Source: Squalus acanthias (taxonomy: Eukaryota). From it: a DNA stretch of 64,000 nucleotides. Made by a program: the position numbers and the translations under genes. A model generated the notes under the pieces. It saw only the letters and a program-made list of their open reading frames with translations. It was not told the DNA's origin and did no database searches. The stretch lies in contig CM059432.1 in the NCBI GenBank assembly GCA_030390025.1, positions 46,998,001-47,062,000 of the forward strand. Reading direction: 5' to 3'. The stretch's first letter is position 1. Every line of letters starts with the position of its first letter. Of the stretch, positions 20,505 through 33,175 are shown piece by piece.

Positions 20505-20655
20505 GAACCTATAAAGTTTCTAGTTCTGATGAAAGGTCATCAACCTGAAGCGTTAACTCTGTTTCTATCTCCATGGAAGCTGCCTGAACTGCTGAGTGTT
20601 TCCAGCAGTTTCTGTTTTTATTTCAGATTTCCAGCATCCGCAGTATTTTGCTTTT
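20505..20655 (+). repeat. Penelope-derived fragment with degenerate hammerhead core (CTGATGA..GAAG); related fragment at ~42270-42400
   Basis: agtt CTGATGA aaggtcatcaacct GAAG cgtt aact. Confidence 0.5.
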
Positions 20656-20819
20656 GTGCTAACAGGGACAACTCTCCCTCTTGTCTGAAGCAGCCATTTC
20701 CCCCCCTCAATTACAGGACAGTTTTAAGGATAACCAGCGGCCTTTTAAGAGCAGCTGGCATGAGATAATCCACCCTTTGATGCTTTAGCCCTACTGGCAC
20801 TTAATGCACTGTACACGAA

Positions 20820-22486
20820 GGCCGGAATTTTCCGGGGGGGTCAGCAGGTGTGATCAGGTGGAAAAGTGGGTTTTTTTGACAGCGGGTCGGGAACCCGCCA
20901 CCACGCGCCTTCCCAATATCGGGTCTGTCAACACTGAGCAGACCTGACTGGTGGCAGCAGGGGACCTAATTAAAATGATTAGCACCTAGTTGCCAGATGC
21001 TTAACAGCCTTTTTCCACTTACCTTTTGTCTTTAACTTCATGATCATGGGATCCCCGCTCTGCGCAGATCACGGCTGTTAAGCTGAGGCAGGAGCTCAGT
21101 GGCCATTGCTCCAGCTGATTGTTTGACAGCTTCAAATGTACAGTAAAAGCTCTCACCTGACTGATATTCACTTTCCTCAGGCAGAAGCTTTTTCTCACTC
21201 CATTTCCAGCACACATTCTGTAGGCATTCCACTTTCCACTCTCCAACCACTCTCACCTCATTGGAAGAACACTCTCACCATTGACAGAATGCTTCTGTCA
21301 TCTCTACTTCACCTGCCATCTATTCCATCAGCACGGGTGCCCTTTATACTGTCTCACCTTGGTCCTCAGAATCCGACCACGATCAGCCCCATGACCAGCA
21401 GGCACAACACCAACCTTCTCTGCAATCAACTGATGCTGCACAGGACACAGGGCATCAGCACCCGACCACATTGCTGCCCAGGAGACCAGGAATGGCCTCA
21501 CCATAACCAGATTTACTTCACTTGACGCTGTACACCCTGGCTGCCACATGACGCACCAGGTTGGCACTACCCCACATCAACACCATAAAGCATCCCTACA
21601 ATGCCCAAGCCATTCCTTTCACACTCATGACCATTGTGGGGGTTACCGTTATGTCTCACCATTCACTGCAACTCATTAAACCACTTCCAAAGGTGCACAC
21701 AAATCTGTCCAAGAACACAGAGTGTTGAAAATAAAGATTTCAATGTTTGACACTACATTAACAGAAACTTTACATGAACATTGCATAAAACACCCAAGTG
21801 CCTACCCTTGTGTGTTGTTAGTTGGTATGATTGCACTAGGATGAGGGTGAGTGTGAGGGGTGACTAGTGAGATGGGGTGTGATAATATAGAGAGGGATGG
21901 GTGGAAGTCCAAGGTAAGTTGGTGTGAGTAAGGATGTGCAAGTGTAGGGTAGGGAAGGCAGAGTGATGGGGATGGGATGAGAGGCACAGCAGGATGAGGT
22001 TGAGTGTGGCTTTGTACTAACATTTCGTGATCTACTGATATCATCAAAATGTTTGCGGCACTGCACCCAGGTCCTCCTGACCACATCCCTGCTTGTGTCC
22101 TCCTCTGCAATGTGCAACTAGGCTGTGTTGATCTCTTGGTGAGGTCTTTTCCGCCCATGGGAAGGGAAGAGGACCTCCCTGTGTGCTGTGACTCCCTCCA
22201 TAAGCACATGGAGGGAGTCATGGGAGAGCCTGGGTGCAGCCCTGTGCACAAATATCAAGACAAATGTGGCCATGGTCCTTTTTAAGGAAACTGGCTGATG
22301 GCGCATCATGAAATGACATCACCAGACCGCTTCCTATTAATTGGGCCGTGTAACGTGCTGGCCAAGCGTAACAAGACCAATCAACGGAAAATAATTTTAC
22401 ACAGCGGGATGGAGCCAGCAGCAGGGTTGGGACCCGCCACCGACATCGCCCGCCACGGACCCGCTAAGGTAAGTAAAATTGCGGCC
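20820..22486 (-). mobile_element. Decayed Harbinger derivative with Myb remnant (RAAPRLSHDSL..RTWVQCRKHFDD)
   Basis: GGCCGGAATTTT..AAAATTGCGGCC termini; Myb frame interrupted by a stop. Confidence 0.65.
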
Positions 22487-22802
22487 TCAGAGTGCTGAAC
22501 GTTTATTTATAATTAGCTTATTTCTTGCACAAGGTCATCAGGGAGCAGCCCCATGATTAATTTATGAATTGAATTTCTTTAAAATGTTATCTGTGATCTA
22601 CTGGAGATCCACTAGTAGCTGATTATTTCTAATTATTCTGATTAATATTGTAATATTATATTTCACATTTTTGTCTATTAGTTGGAGATCAATCAGTGAA
22701 TTAATCGTTTTGAAGTTAGCTTCGAGCCCAAAACATCTCTGTAGTTTGGCAAGACAAAGGAAATACTCTTTAATATTGATATATATTTCTATTTTTGCTT
22801 AG

Positions 22803-22991
22803 CTCCAGTCAAAAAGCCTCCTCCACCAAAGGAAGACAAAAAGGAAGAAGTGAAACAAGAAGAGAAAAAAGATGAGACCAAACCTGAAGAGGAACATTAC
22901 TGTGACATGATTTGCTGTAAATTCAAGAGGCCTCCAATCAAAAAGTTCATACAGAAGTTAAGACTCCCTGAAAGCATTGATATGTTCACAG
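22803..22991 (+). CDS. CNGB3: CNGB3 coding exon (PVKKPPPP..EEEHYCDMICCKFK..LPESIDMFT)
   Basis: tttttgcttag / gtaatt splice sites, phase 1-1, CNG-beta motif EHYCD..CKFK..P.SID. Confidence 0.85.
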
Positions 22992-24189
22992 GTAATTTGT
23001 TGTTAAATCAAGACATTGTCATTGTAGATTGAACGATGAACCAAATTTAGAATTAGGTGCACCATTTTGTTTGATTCATGAAGAAGTGATATTACTAAAA
23101 TTTACATTTCCGCCTAGTGGAGGCATTTGATTGCTGCAGTCTGGAGGGGGCATTGATCACTGGTAATCTAGTGAAGGGCATGGCTCTCTTTTGTCTATAG
23201 TTTGATGTAGGAAAAGGGAAAATCATATCCCAGGTGGTCTAATAGTGCAGCATATATTTGTTTTGTCTGGTTGAATTGGTGGACACATCAGTCTCAATAG
23301 TGGAGTGCCTACCTCTACTCTTCAGCAATATTTGTGATTTTTGCTCGGTTTTCTTATAGTTGAGGAATAAATCAAGATTTTCTGGCATTCTATGAAAGAC
23401 TCACCCTTGGAAATGGGATTAGGACTGTATCATTAGTCTTAGAAATAACCAAATTTACAGAATTCAAAACTGAAAATGAAGCTTATTTACTTCCTGACTC
23501 CCAAAAACATCATTTTCCTGTTATGTAGGTCAGATTGTAAAACTGTTTAGGCCAGAAATGTCCAAATAATGGCCTGTGGACCACATGTGACCCTCAAGCA
23601 CTGGCAATCTGGCTCACAAAGCCCAGGGAACTCTTGTATTTGCACTTAGATATCTTTTTTGGTAGTTTGAAGATTACAGGGTGCTGTGTGGAGTGTATGT
23701 ATTGAGATGCATTAGACATCACAGCTGTATCAGACAGGCTGGATGAGCCAATCGGTCTTTTCCTGTCTGTCATTTTTCATATATTTTGTAAATGCACCTA
23801 ACTGACAACAAGGACAAAAAGCTTAGGCGTTCCTAGTTTAAACAAAATATGGGTGATTGTACTTTTAGCTTGTAATCCGAAAAATGGTTTTATGATATGT
23901 ACTACAATATAATGAAGTATTAATGCTGTATAATTGAATCATTTACAAAGCTTATTCATTATTACCCAGATATTAGTTGTCCTAGTTATGAAACATTTTC
24001 AAACACTTAAGTCAATGCATTAATTTATGGACGTGGTTGTTACTCAGGATGTTCAAAAACTAGAGAATTAGGCAGATACAGTATAATGAATAGTACATTG
24101 CAATAAACATTCATTGTCAATAATAGCTTTTGCTATATTTGTATGAATGGTGGTATTGTTGATTCTTCTTTTGGGGGTGAGTGACCATT

Positions 24190-24790
24190 TTAACAAATGA
24201 GGAACAGTTGGCTTAGGGTTAAATATCTGGGAAGTAAAACGACCAAAGATGGCAGATGTGTCAAGGAGGTGAGAGTTAGGATTACAATGGGAATAGTTGC
24301 ATTTAATAGAAGGAAGAGGATATTCACTGGACAACTGAATAGAGAAGTGAAGGAAAGATTAGTGAAGAGTTTAATATGGGGTGCATTGCTGTATGGTGCT
24401 GAAACATAGACGCTGAGGAAAGAGGAGGTCAAGCTTCGTGAGAGCTTTGAGATGTGGATTTGGAGACACATGGAGAAAGTAAAGTAGAGGAATGTAATGA
24501 GAAGTTGTTGGAAATGATACAAGAAGCATATAGATTGATTAGTGTTATCTAACGAAAGATAAATTAATTGGATTGGACATGTGTTGAGAGGGGAATGGTA
24601 TGTTGAGAGAGGTGTTAGAAGGGTGGATGAAAGGAAAAAGACCAAGAGGGAGGAAAAGAAGGATGCTTCCAGTCACCTGAAGAATGGAAGATCTGAGGGA
24701 GAATGAAGAGAAAAGCACAGACAGAGTGGTTTGGAGATGGGAGAATTGAGCCAGAGCCTGCCTTAGGCAGATTACTGATGATGATGATGA
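24190..24790 (+). mobile_element. Old RTE-like LINE 3' fragment
   Basis: VKYLGS, LLYGAET motifs; (TGA)n tail. Confidence 0.55.
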
Positions 24791-25330
24791 AATCTAGAGG
24801 TAAAACCATTCTGCTTTAACACATGAATACTAATACTTTCACAAATCAGAATGCAACTTAACAGGCATGTAAATATTCAGCTGAAAGTCTTGTTTTTACT
24901 AGCATTATCTTTTCAGATCTTGACCTGCCCGTAGAGAGCTTTACCCTGGGCTGCTATTTAATTCCACTTAGCAATACAGTTTTGTCAAAGGATGAAGGTG
25001 AGTCACCTAGAGCTACTCTTTTTGAATATGCCAGCATCAGGTGAAATAACAGTATTGGTAGCAGCCTGATCACGTTGGTTTCAGAAATATTTGCATGGAG
25101 ATTGATGTGTAGTACAGGGAGATATAACATGATTGCATTGGGTAAATGCCCTATGTTCTGTGTTACTAAACCATACAGCCCAGAAAGGTCGAAGTTTCAA
25201 TCTATGGTCTATGTTGATTCAGTTGATCTCAGCCAGGGTGATAGTTAGGGGTGTCACCTGGTTACAGAGAGCAAAGATTGGCTAGGGTTCCTGCTACTGA
25301 TCACTAATCAGTAACCTCAACAGACTCTTA

Positions 25331-26052
25331 GGGCTGGATTTTGATACTGGGGCGGGTTGGGGTCGTGTCATCCACTTTTCGTGTTATCCACCCGACTGCA
25401 ATTGGATGTGGGAGATTGATGCGATTTTCACCTAATTGGGCAATTGAGTTCCAGCATGTGGGAACCCATGAACCAATTAGTGTTTTGAGTCTGAAAGTCG
25501 CCTCTGAAGATGTCATCATTGCTGCTGCATTGAAGGTCTTCAGAGACTGCCTGGCCTTTGCTGTGAGAGGACCTGGATGCAAAATGAGCAGCAGCAGCCC
25601 TAAGTCTGCTCCCAGATATTTTTACACCAGAGAGAGAGAGAGAGAGATTTTGTTTTGCACCACCACTCCCAGATATGTCTCCTCCACCACCACTCCAGAT
25701 GCCAGCCAGCCACTCACTCGCTAATAGTGAGCCATCCAGCCACTGATAGTCAGCTATCCAAATGTGCTCCTGCCAGGTTTCACATTCGTGGTTCAGATCA
25801 GGCGTGCTTCATGGAGAACAAGGGTTAAAATCACAAAGGCCTTTCAAAACGGCATTATAGAGCCAATTTAGTGCTTGTTAAGGGCCTTAACAGCCTATCC
25901 CGTCTCTTAAAGGCGGGACGCAGTCGGGACCAGCAGACATGATTTCATCAAAATTGCATGGAGGCGGACTTGTGCCTGCCTGCCAGTTTTTGCAATTTTA
26001 ACCCCCCACACGCCTCCAAACCCGCCTCCATGGGTCAATGAAAATCCAGCCC
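25331..26052 (+). mobile_element. MITE family C copy
   Basis: TIR GGGCTGGATTTT..AAAATCCAGCCC. Confidence 0.8.
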
Positions 26053-26131
26053 CTAAAGTACTTCATTGGCTGTGAAGTGCTTTGGAACATTTTGAGGACA
26101 TAAAAGGTGCTATATAGATAGCAGAACTTCT

Positions 26132-26799
26132 GGGCTGGATTTTCATTGACCCGTGGAGGTGGGTTTGGAGGCATGTGGGGGGTTAAAATTGCGAAAACTA
26201 GCGGGCGGGCACAAGCCTGCCCCATCCCGCCTCCAAGCAATTTTCATTAAATCGTGTCTGCTGGTCCCGACTCTGTCCCGCCTCTAAGAGGCGGGATAGG
26301 CTGTTAAGGCCCTTAACAAGCACTAAATTGCCTCTATAATGCCATTTTGAAAGGCCTTTGTGATTGTAACCCTTTTTCTACGTGAAGCACGCCTGTTCTG
26401 AACCACGAATGTGAAATCTGGCGGGAGCACATTTGGATAGCTGACTCTGGCTGGCTGGCTACATATCTGGGAGTGGTGAAGGAGACATATCTGGGAGTGG
26501 TGGTGCAAAAATATCTGGGAGCAGACTTAGGGCTGCTGCTGCTCATTTTGCATCCAGGTCCTCTCACAGCAAAGGCCAGGCAGTCTTTGCAGACCTTCAA
26601 TGCAGCAGTAATGATGACATCATCAGAGACGACTTTCAGACTGAAAACACTAATTGGTTCATGGGTTCCTACATGCTGGAACTCAATTGCCCAATTAGGT
26701 GAAAATCGCATCAATCTCCCACATCCAATTGCAGTCGGGTGGATAACACGAAAAGTGGATGACACGACCCCAACCTGCCCCAGTATCAAAATCCAGCCC
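26132..26799 (-). mobile_element. MITE family C copy, inverted relative to 25331-26052
   Basis: Near-identical reverse complement (mirrored ORF translations) with the same TIRs. Confidence 0.8.
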
Positions 26800-27284
26800 A
26801 ATGTGTCCCTTGGTCCGCCAGGTGGGTAGAGTTAAAATCCTCATGCTTTTTCTTTCTCTTTATACATGTCTCATGTATAATCAACACCGGGAAGTTCACA
26901 GCATACAAGAGCCAAATGCACAAACAAACATCTATGGTACTACCACTGCATAATTAAACAAAATTAATTAATTTTTACCATGTCTTGCAGTATATGATTC
27001 TTTTATTGTACAGAAAAGAAAATGTCATATATCAAAACTCCTGACATGACCCCTGTGGGTGGCTGGGAGTTCCCATGGCATTAAAATTGGACCAGATGGC
27101 ATATCTCAGCCAGAGCTTCCCTACTGAGCTGAGCCTTCATTCACTGCTCCTCTTTTTTGGTAGACCTGCTACCTAGGATATTATTCACGGTGAGTCTTGA
27201 GCTTCCTATACCTTCTGAACTTCTAGGCAACCCTCCTGCTGCCCCATCTCCAATGGCCTCTACTTTCTGACAAAAAATCTCCTA

Positions 27285-30200
27285 CATAAGAACATAAGAA
27301 ATAGGAGCAGGAGTAGGCCATTTGGCCCCTCGAACCTGCTCCGCCATTCAATAAGATCATGGCTGATCCGATCTTGACCTCAACTCCACTTTCCCGCCTG
27401 CTCCCCATAACCCTTGACTCCCCTGTAGCTCAAATATCTGTCTATCGCCACCTTGAATATATTCAATGACTCCGCCTCCACAGCTCTCTGGGGTAGAGAA
27501 TTCCAAAGATTCACGACCCTCTGAGAGAAGAAATTCCTCCTCATCTCCGTTTTAAATGGGTGACCCCCTATTCTGAAATATGCCTCCTAGTTCTAGATTC
27601 CCCCACGAGGGGAAACATCCTCCCTGCATCTACGCTGTCAAGCCCCCTCAGAATCTTATATGTTTCAATAAGTTCACCTCGATTCTTCTAAACTCCAATG
27701 AGTATAGGCCCAACCTTTCTTCATAAGACAACCCCTTCATCTCAGGAATCAAACTAGTGAACCTTCTCTGAACTGCCTCCAATGCAAGTATATCCCTCCC
27801 TAAATAAGGAGACCAAAACTGGACACAGTACTCCAGATGTGGTCTCACCAGTGCCCTGTACAGTTGTAGCAAGACTTCCCTACTTTTATACTCCATCCCC
27901 CTTATAGGGGCCAACATTCCATTTGCCTTCCTAGTTACTTGCTGTACCTGCATGCTAACTTTTTGTGTTCCATGTACGAGGACCCCTAGATCCCTCTGTA
28001 CCACAGCATTTTGTAGTCTCCATTTAAATAATAATTTGCTTTTTTATTCTTCCTACCAAAGTGGATAACTTCACATTTTCCCACATTATACTCCATCTGC
28101 CAAATTTTTGCCCACTCACTTAATCTATCTATATCCCTTTGCAGACTCCTGGGGCGGGATCTTGCCAGCCTTGGGGAGGCGGGTATGGAGGCGGGACTGC
28201 CATCTTGCCAGGAGGCGGGTAGCCGTCCCACGCCGGGTCCTGTCTCCTTGGAGGCGGGATGGGATTACAGCCACTTAACTGCCTGTTAACAGGTAGTTAA
28301 CAGGCAGAAAATAGGCTTATCACCATTTTGCCCACACAAGTGCGGGCTTCCCGAAGGCTCCAAACCCCGCCATGGTCACCGAGGCGAGTAGTGGGTCTGC
28401 GGGGGTCGGAGGGGTGCAAAAGTGTGCTGTAGAGGTAAGTGATGGGTGCAAGTGTGGAGAGGTGAGTATCTGAGATAAGTGCAAAGTGTTAGAAAAAGTG
28501 TACTTACCTTTGTTTCTTCTTGTAGGTTTCAGTCGGTTTGTATGCGGAGAGTCTTACACCTCCGCGGTAGAGATGACAGATGGCCGTTGCATTCTCCAAT
28601 GCAACAACCATCTAATTTCTGCAAAAGAAAGAGGTTTGATGAGGTGTTGAATTCAAGACCTCATCAAACTACAGAGAATGTCAGTGTTTGACAGCTTCAC
28701 AGAGCTGTCAAACTATGACAATTCATCTGTCAAAAGTTTTTGACAGATGAAACATCATACGTTGACGTTCTCTGCAATCGGCTTTCCCTTAATTGGCCTG
28801 CTAAGCCCGCTGGGCGGGCTTAACAAGGTCAATCAAGGGAAAATAGCGTGAGTTGGCCAGAAGTTGATGGAGGCGGGACTGAAACCCGACAAGTGGGAGT
28901 CCCGCCTCCAAAAGCTCCCCATTGGCAAAATCACCCACTTGTGTCTTCTTCACAGCTTGCTTTCCCATCTATCTTTGTATCAACAGCAAATTTGGCTACA
29001 GTACACTCGGTCCCTTCATCCAAGTCATTAATATAGATTGTAAATAGTTGAGGCCCTAGCACTGATCCCTGTGGCACCCCACTAGTTACAGTTTGCCAAC
29101 CTGAAAATGACCCATTTATCCCGACTCTATGTTTTCTGTTAGTTGGCCAATACACTATCCATGCTAATATATTAACCCCAACCCCGTGAACTCTTATCTT
29201 GTGCAGTAACCTTTTATATGGCACCTTATCGAATGCCTTCTGGAAATCCAAATACACTACATCTACTGGTTCCCCTTTATCCACCCTGCTCGTTACATCC
29301 TCAAAGAACTCTAGTAAATTTGTCAAACACAATTTCCCTTTCATAAAACCATGTTGACTCTGTTTGATTGTATTATGATTTTCTAAATGTCCTGCTATTA
29401 CTTCCTTAATAATGGATTCCAGCATTTTCCCAATGACAGATGTTAGGCTAACTGGCCTATAGTTTCCTGCTTTCTGTCTCCCTTCTTTCTTGAATAGGGG
29501 CGTTACATTTGCGGTTTTCCAATCCGCTGGGACCTCTCCAGAATCCAAGGAATTTTGGTAGATTACAACCAACGCATCCACTATCTCTGCAGCCACTTCT
29601 TTTAAGACTCTAGGATGCATGCCATCAGGTCCAGGGGACTTGTTGTCCTTTAGTCCCATAAGTTTGCCTCGTACTTTTTCTCTAATGATAGTGATTGTTT
29701 TAAGTTCCTCCCTCCCTATAGCCCCTTGATTATCAATTATTATTGGAATGTTTTTAGTGTCTTCTACCGTGAAGACCGATACAAAATATTTGTGTAAAGT
29801 CTCTGCCATTTCCCTGTTTCCCATTATTAATTCCCCAGTCTCATCCTCTAAGGGACCAACGTTTACTTTAGCTACTCTCTTCCTTTTTATATATCTTTAG
29901 AAGCTCTGTCTGTTTTTATATTTTTTGTTAGTTTACTCTCATAATCTATCTTCTCCCTCTTTATTATTTTTTTAGTCATCCTTTGCTGCTTTCTCAAAAT
30001 TTCCCAATCCTCTGGCCTACCACTAATCTTCGCAACATTGTATGCCTTTTCTTTCAATTTGATACCATCCTTAATTTCCTTAGGTTAGCCACGGATGGTT
30101 CATCCTTCTCGTAGTCTTTCTTTCTCACTGGAATAAACCTTTGCTGAGAGTTATGAAATATCTCCTTAAATGTCTGCCACTGCTTATCTACCGTCTTACC

Positions 30201-31450
30201 CTTTAATCTATTTTCCCAGTCCACTTTAGCCAACTCCGTCTTCATACCTTTGTAATTGCCTTTATTTAAGTTTAGGACACTAGTTTCAGACCCCAGTTTC
30301 TCACTCTCAAACTGAATTTTAAATTCTATCATGCTATGATCACTCTTCCCTAGAGGATCCTTTACTATGAGATCATTAATGAATCCTGTCTCATTACACA
30401 TTCCCAGATCTAAAAGAGCCTGCTCCTTGGTTGGTTCCACAATGTATTGTTTTAAGAAACCATCCCGAATACACTCTATGAACTCATCCTCAAGTCTACC
30501 CTTGCCAATTTGATTTGTCCAATCTATGTGAAGATTAAAATCACCCATGAGTATTGCAGTACCTTTCTTACAAGCCCCCATTATTTCTTGATTTATACTC
30601 TGTCCTACACTGTAGCTACTGTTAGGGGGCCTATAGACTACTCTCACCAGTGACTTATTTCCCTTACTATTTCTTATCTCCACCCAAACTGATTCTACAT
30701 CTTCTACTTCTGAGCCAATATTATTTCTCACCACTGCACTGATCTCATCCCTTATTAACAGAGCTACACCACCGCCTTTTCCTTTCTGCCTATCCTTCCA
30801 AAATGGCAAATACCCCTGAATATTCAGTTCCCAGCCTTGGTCATCTTGCAACCACGTCTCTGTAATGGCTATCACATCATACCCATTTATTTCTATTTAT
30901 GCCGTCAACTCATCTATCTTGTTACGAATGTTGCATGCATTCAGGTAAAGAGCCTTTAATTTTGTCTTTTTACAATTTTTCCCTACTCTGACTCTATTTG
31001 CTGGTACACTGTTATGTTTGCACGCTCTGTCTCTTTCTGTCACACTCTGGTTCTCATTACCCCTATCGTTACCCTGCACTGTTGCCTTCTCCTTTCTCTT
31101 TGACTTTTTAAATTTCCCCTCACCTGAACCCCCCCCCCCCGACTATTTAGTTTAAAGCCCTATCTACAGCCCTAGTTATTTGATTCGCCAGGACACTGGT
31201 CCCAGCATGATTCAAGTGAAGCCCGTCCCAACGGAACAGCTCTCTCTTTCCCCAGTATTGGAGCCAGTGCCCCATGAATCAAAACTCATTTCTCCCACAG
31301 CAATCTTTGAGCCACGCATTCAACTCTCTGATCTTATTAACCCAATGCCAATTTGCTCGTGGCTCAGGTAGTAATCCAGAGATTATTACCTTTGTGGTTC
31401 TGCTTTTTAAATTGGATTTTAGCTCCTCAAACTCCCTCAGCAGAACCTCC
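27285..31450 (-). mobile_element. Long degenerate CR1 LINE (ORF1 remnant, APE, RT, 3' UTR with TTCTTATG tail)
   Basis: IAITETW, VYRPP, MGDFN APE motifs; [12 protein letters not shown] motif; frameshifts. Confidence 0.85.
28151..28937 (+). mobile_element. MITE family A copy, nested in CR1
   Basis: Collinear similarity to 2533-3376; splits the CR1 RT frame. Confidence 0.75.
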
Positions 31451-32029
31451 TGATTACTACTGTGATGATACTTCAAAATTTCCCCATTCATTCAGTTCAT
31501 TAACTTCAGGTGTGACCTTTTCAGTTTGCCTGTGCTGCTGTGGTACACTGCATGAGTTCATCATCAATGACCTTAACAAGGCCTTAACAAGCAAAAATCA
31601 AGCTTTTTACTTATTTTTGCTAATGTTTGTTAATCTATCTTTGGAGGGATAAGAATTCATAGATCCACCATAAACATAGATGATTAGTCATTAATGGCTT
31701 CTACTGCCACTCTGATATTTTTTTAAATTCGATTTTGGGATGTGAGCATCACTGGCAAGGCCAGCATTTATTGCCCATCCCTAATTGCCCTTGAGAAGGT
31801 GGTGGTGAAACGCCTTCTTGAACCGCTGCAGTCCTTGTCGTGAAGATATTCCACAGTGCTGTTAGGGAGGGAGTTCCAGGATTTTGACCCAGCGACGATG
31901 AAGGAACGGCGATATAAGTCAGGACGGTGTGTGATTTTTTTTGATAAAGTTATCAGACAGAGGAAGCTATTTTTCTTCAGCATAGCATATGTATTACTTC
32001 GATGAGTGAGTATGGAGTTGCTCAACTAA

Positions 32030-33175
32030 CGTTTATCATAATATCATAGAAATTTATGGCACAGAAAGAGGTCATTCAGCCCATCGTGTCTGTGCCGGCC
32101 AAAAAAGAGCTATCCAACCTAATCCCACTTTCCAGCTCTTGGTCTGTAGCCTTGTAAGTTACGGCACTTCAAGTGCATATCCAAGTACTTTTAAAATGTG
32201 ACTAGGGTTTCTGCCTCTACCACCCTTTCAGGCAGTGAGTTCCAGACCCCACCACCCTCTGGGTGAAAAAAGTTCTCCTCAACTCCCTTCTAATCCTTCT
32301 ACCAATTACTTTAAATCTACGCCTCCTGGTTATTGACCTCTCTGCGAGGGGAAATAGGTCCTTCCTATCCACTCTTCTAGGCCCCTCATCATTTTATACA
32401 CCTCAATTAAGTCTCCCCTCAGCCTCCTCTGTTTCAAAGAAAACAACCCCAGCCTATCCAATCTTTTTTCATAGCTAAAATTTTCCAGTCCTGGAAACAT
32501 CCTCGTAAATCTCCTCTATACCCTCTCTAGTGCAATCACATCTTTCCTGTAATATGGTGACCAGAACTGTACACTACTCTAGCTGTGGCCTAACTAGTGT
32601 TTTATACAATTCAAGCATAACCTCCCAGCTCTTGTATTCTATGCCTCGGCTAATAAAGGAAAGTATCCCGTATGCCTTCTTAACCACCTTATCTACATGT
32701 CCTGCTACCTTCAGGGATCTATGTACATGCACTCCAAGTTCCCTTTGTTCCTCTACACTACTCAGTGTCCTACCATTTATAGTGTATTCTCTTGCCTTGT
32801 TAGCCCTCCCCAAATGCATTACCTCACTTCTCTGGATTGAATTCCATTTACCACTTTTCTGCCCTGCCTAACCAGTCCATTGATATCTTTCTGCAGTCTA
32901 CAGCTTTCTTCCTCACTCTCAGCCATACGGCCAATTTTTGTATCATCTGCAAACTTCTTAATCATGCCTCTTACATTGAAATCTAAATCATTGATCTATA
33001 CCAAAAAAAGCAAGGGACCTAGTACTGAGCCTCAGCTAATATTTCACACTCCTGCTCCTTAACTACAATGTCTGTATCATCCCTCTCTTTTGTGAAGACA
33101 GATTTGCCCACCACCAAGACTGACTGGCCTGTAATTACTCAGTCTATCCCTTTCTACCTTTTTAAACAACGGTTC
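32030..33175 (-). mobile_element. CR1 3' fragment, continuing at ~35055-35220
   Basis: LYKTLVRPQLE and related RT C-terminal motifs. Confidence 0.7.

Noticed and set aside
25130..25320. LF-SINE-like ancient repeat (also ~37790-37890 and ~39090-39230)
   Set aside because: Resemblance too degraded to set boundaries or family without an alignment
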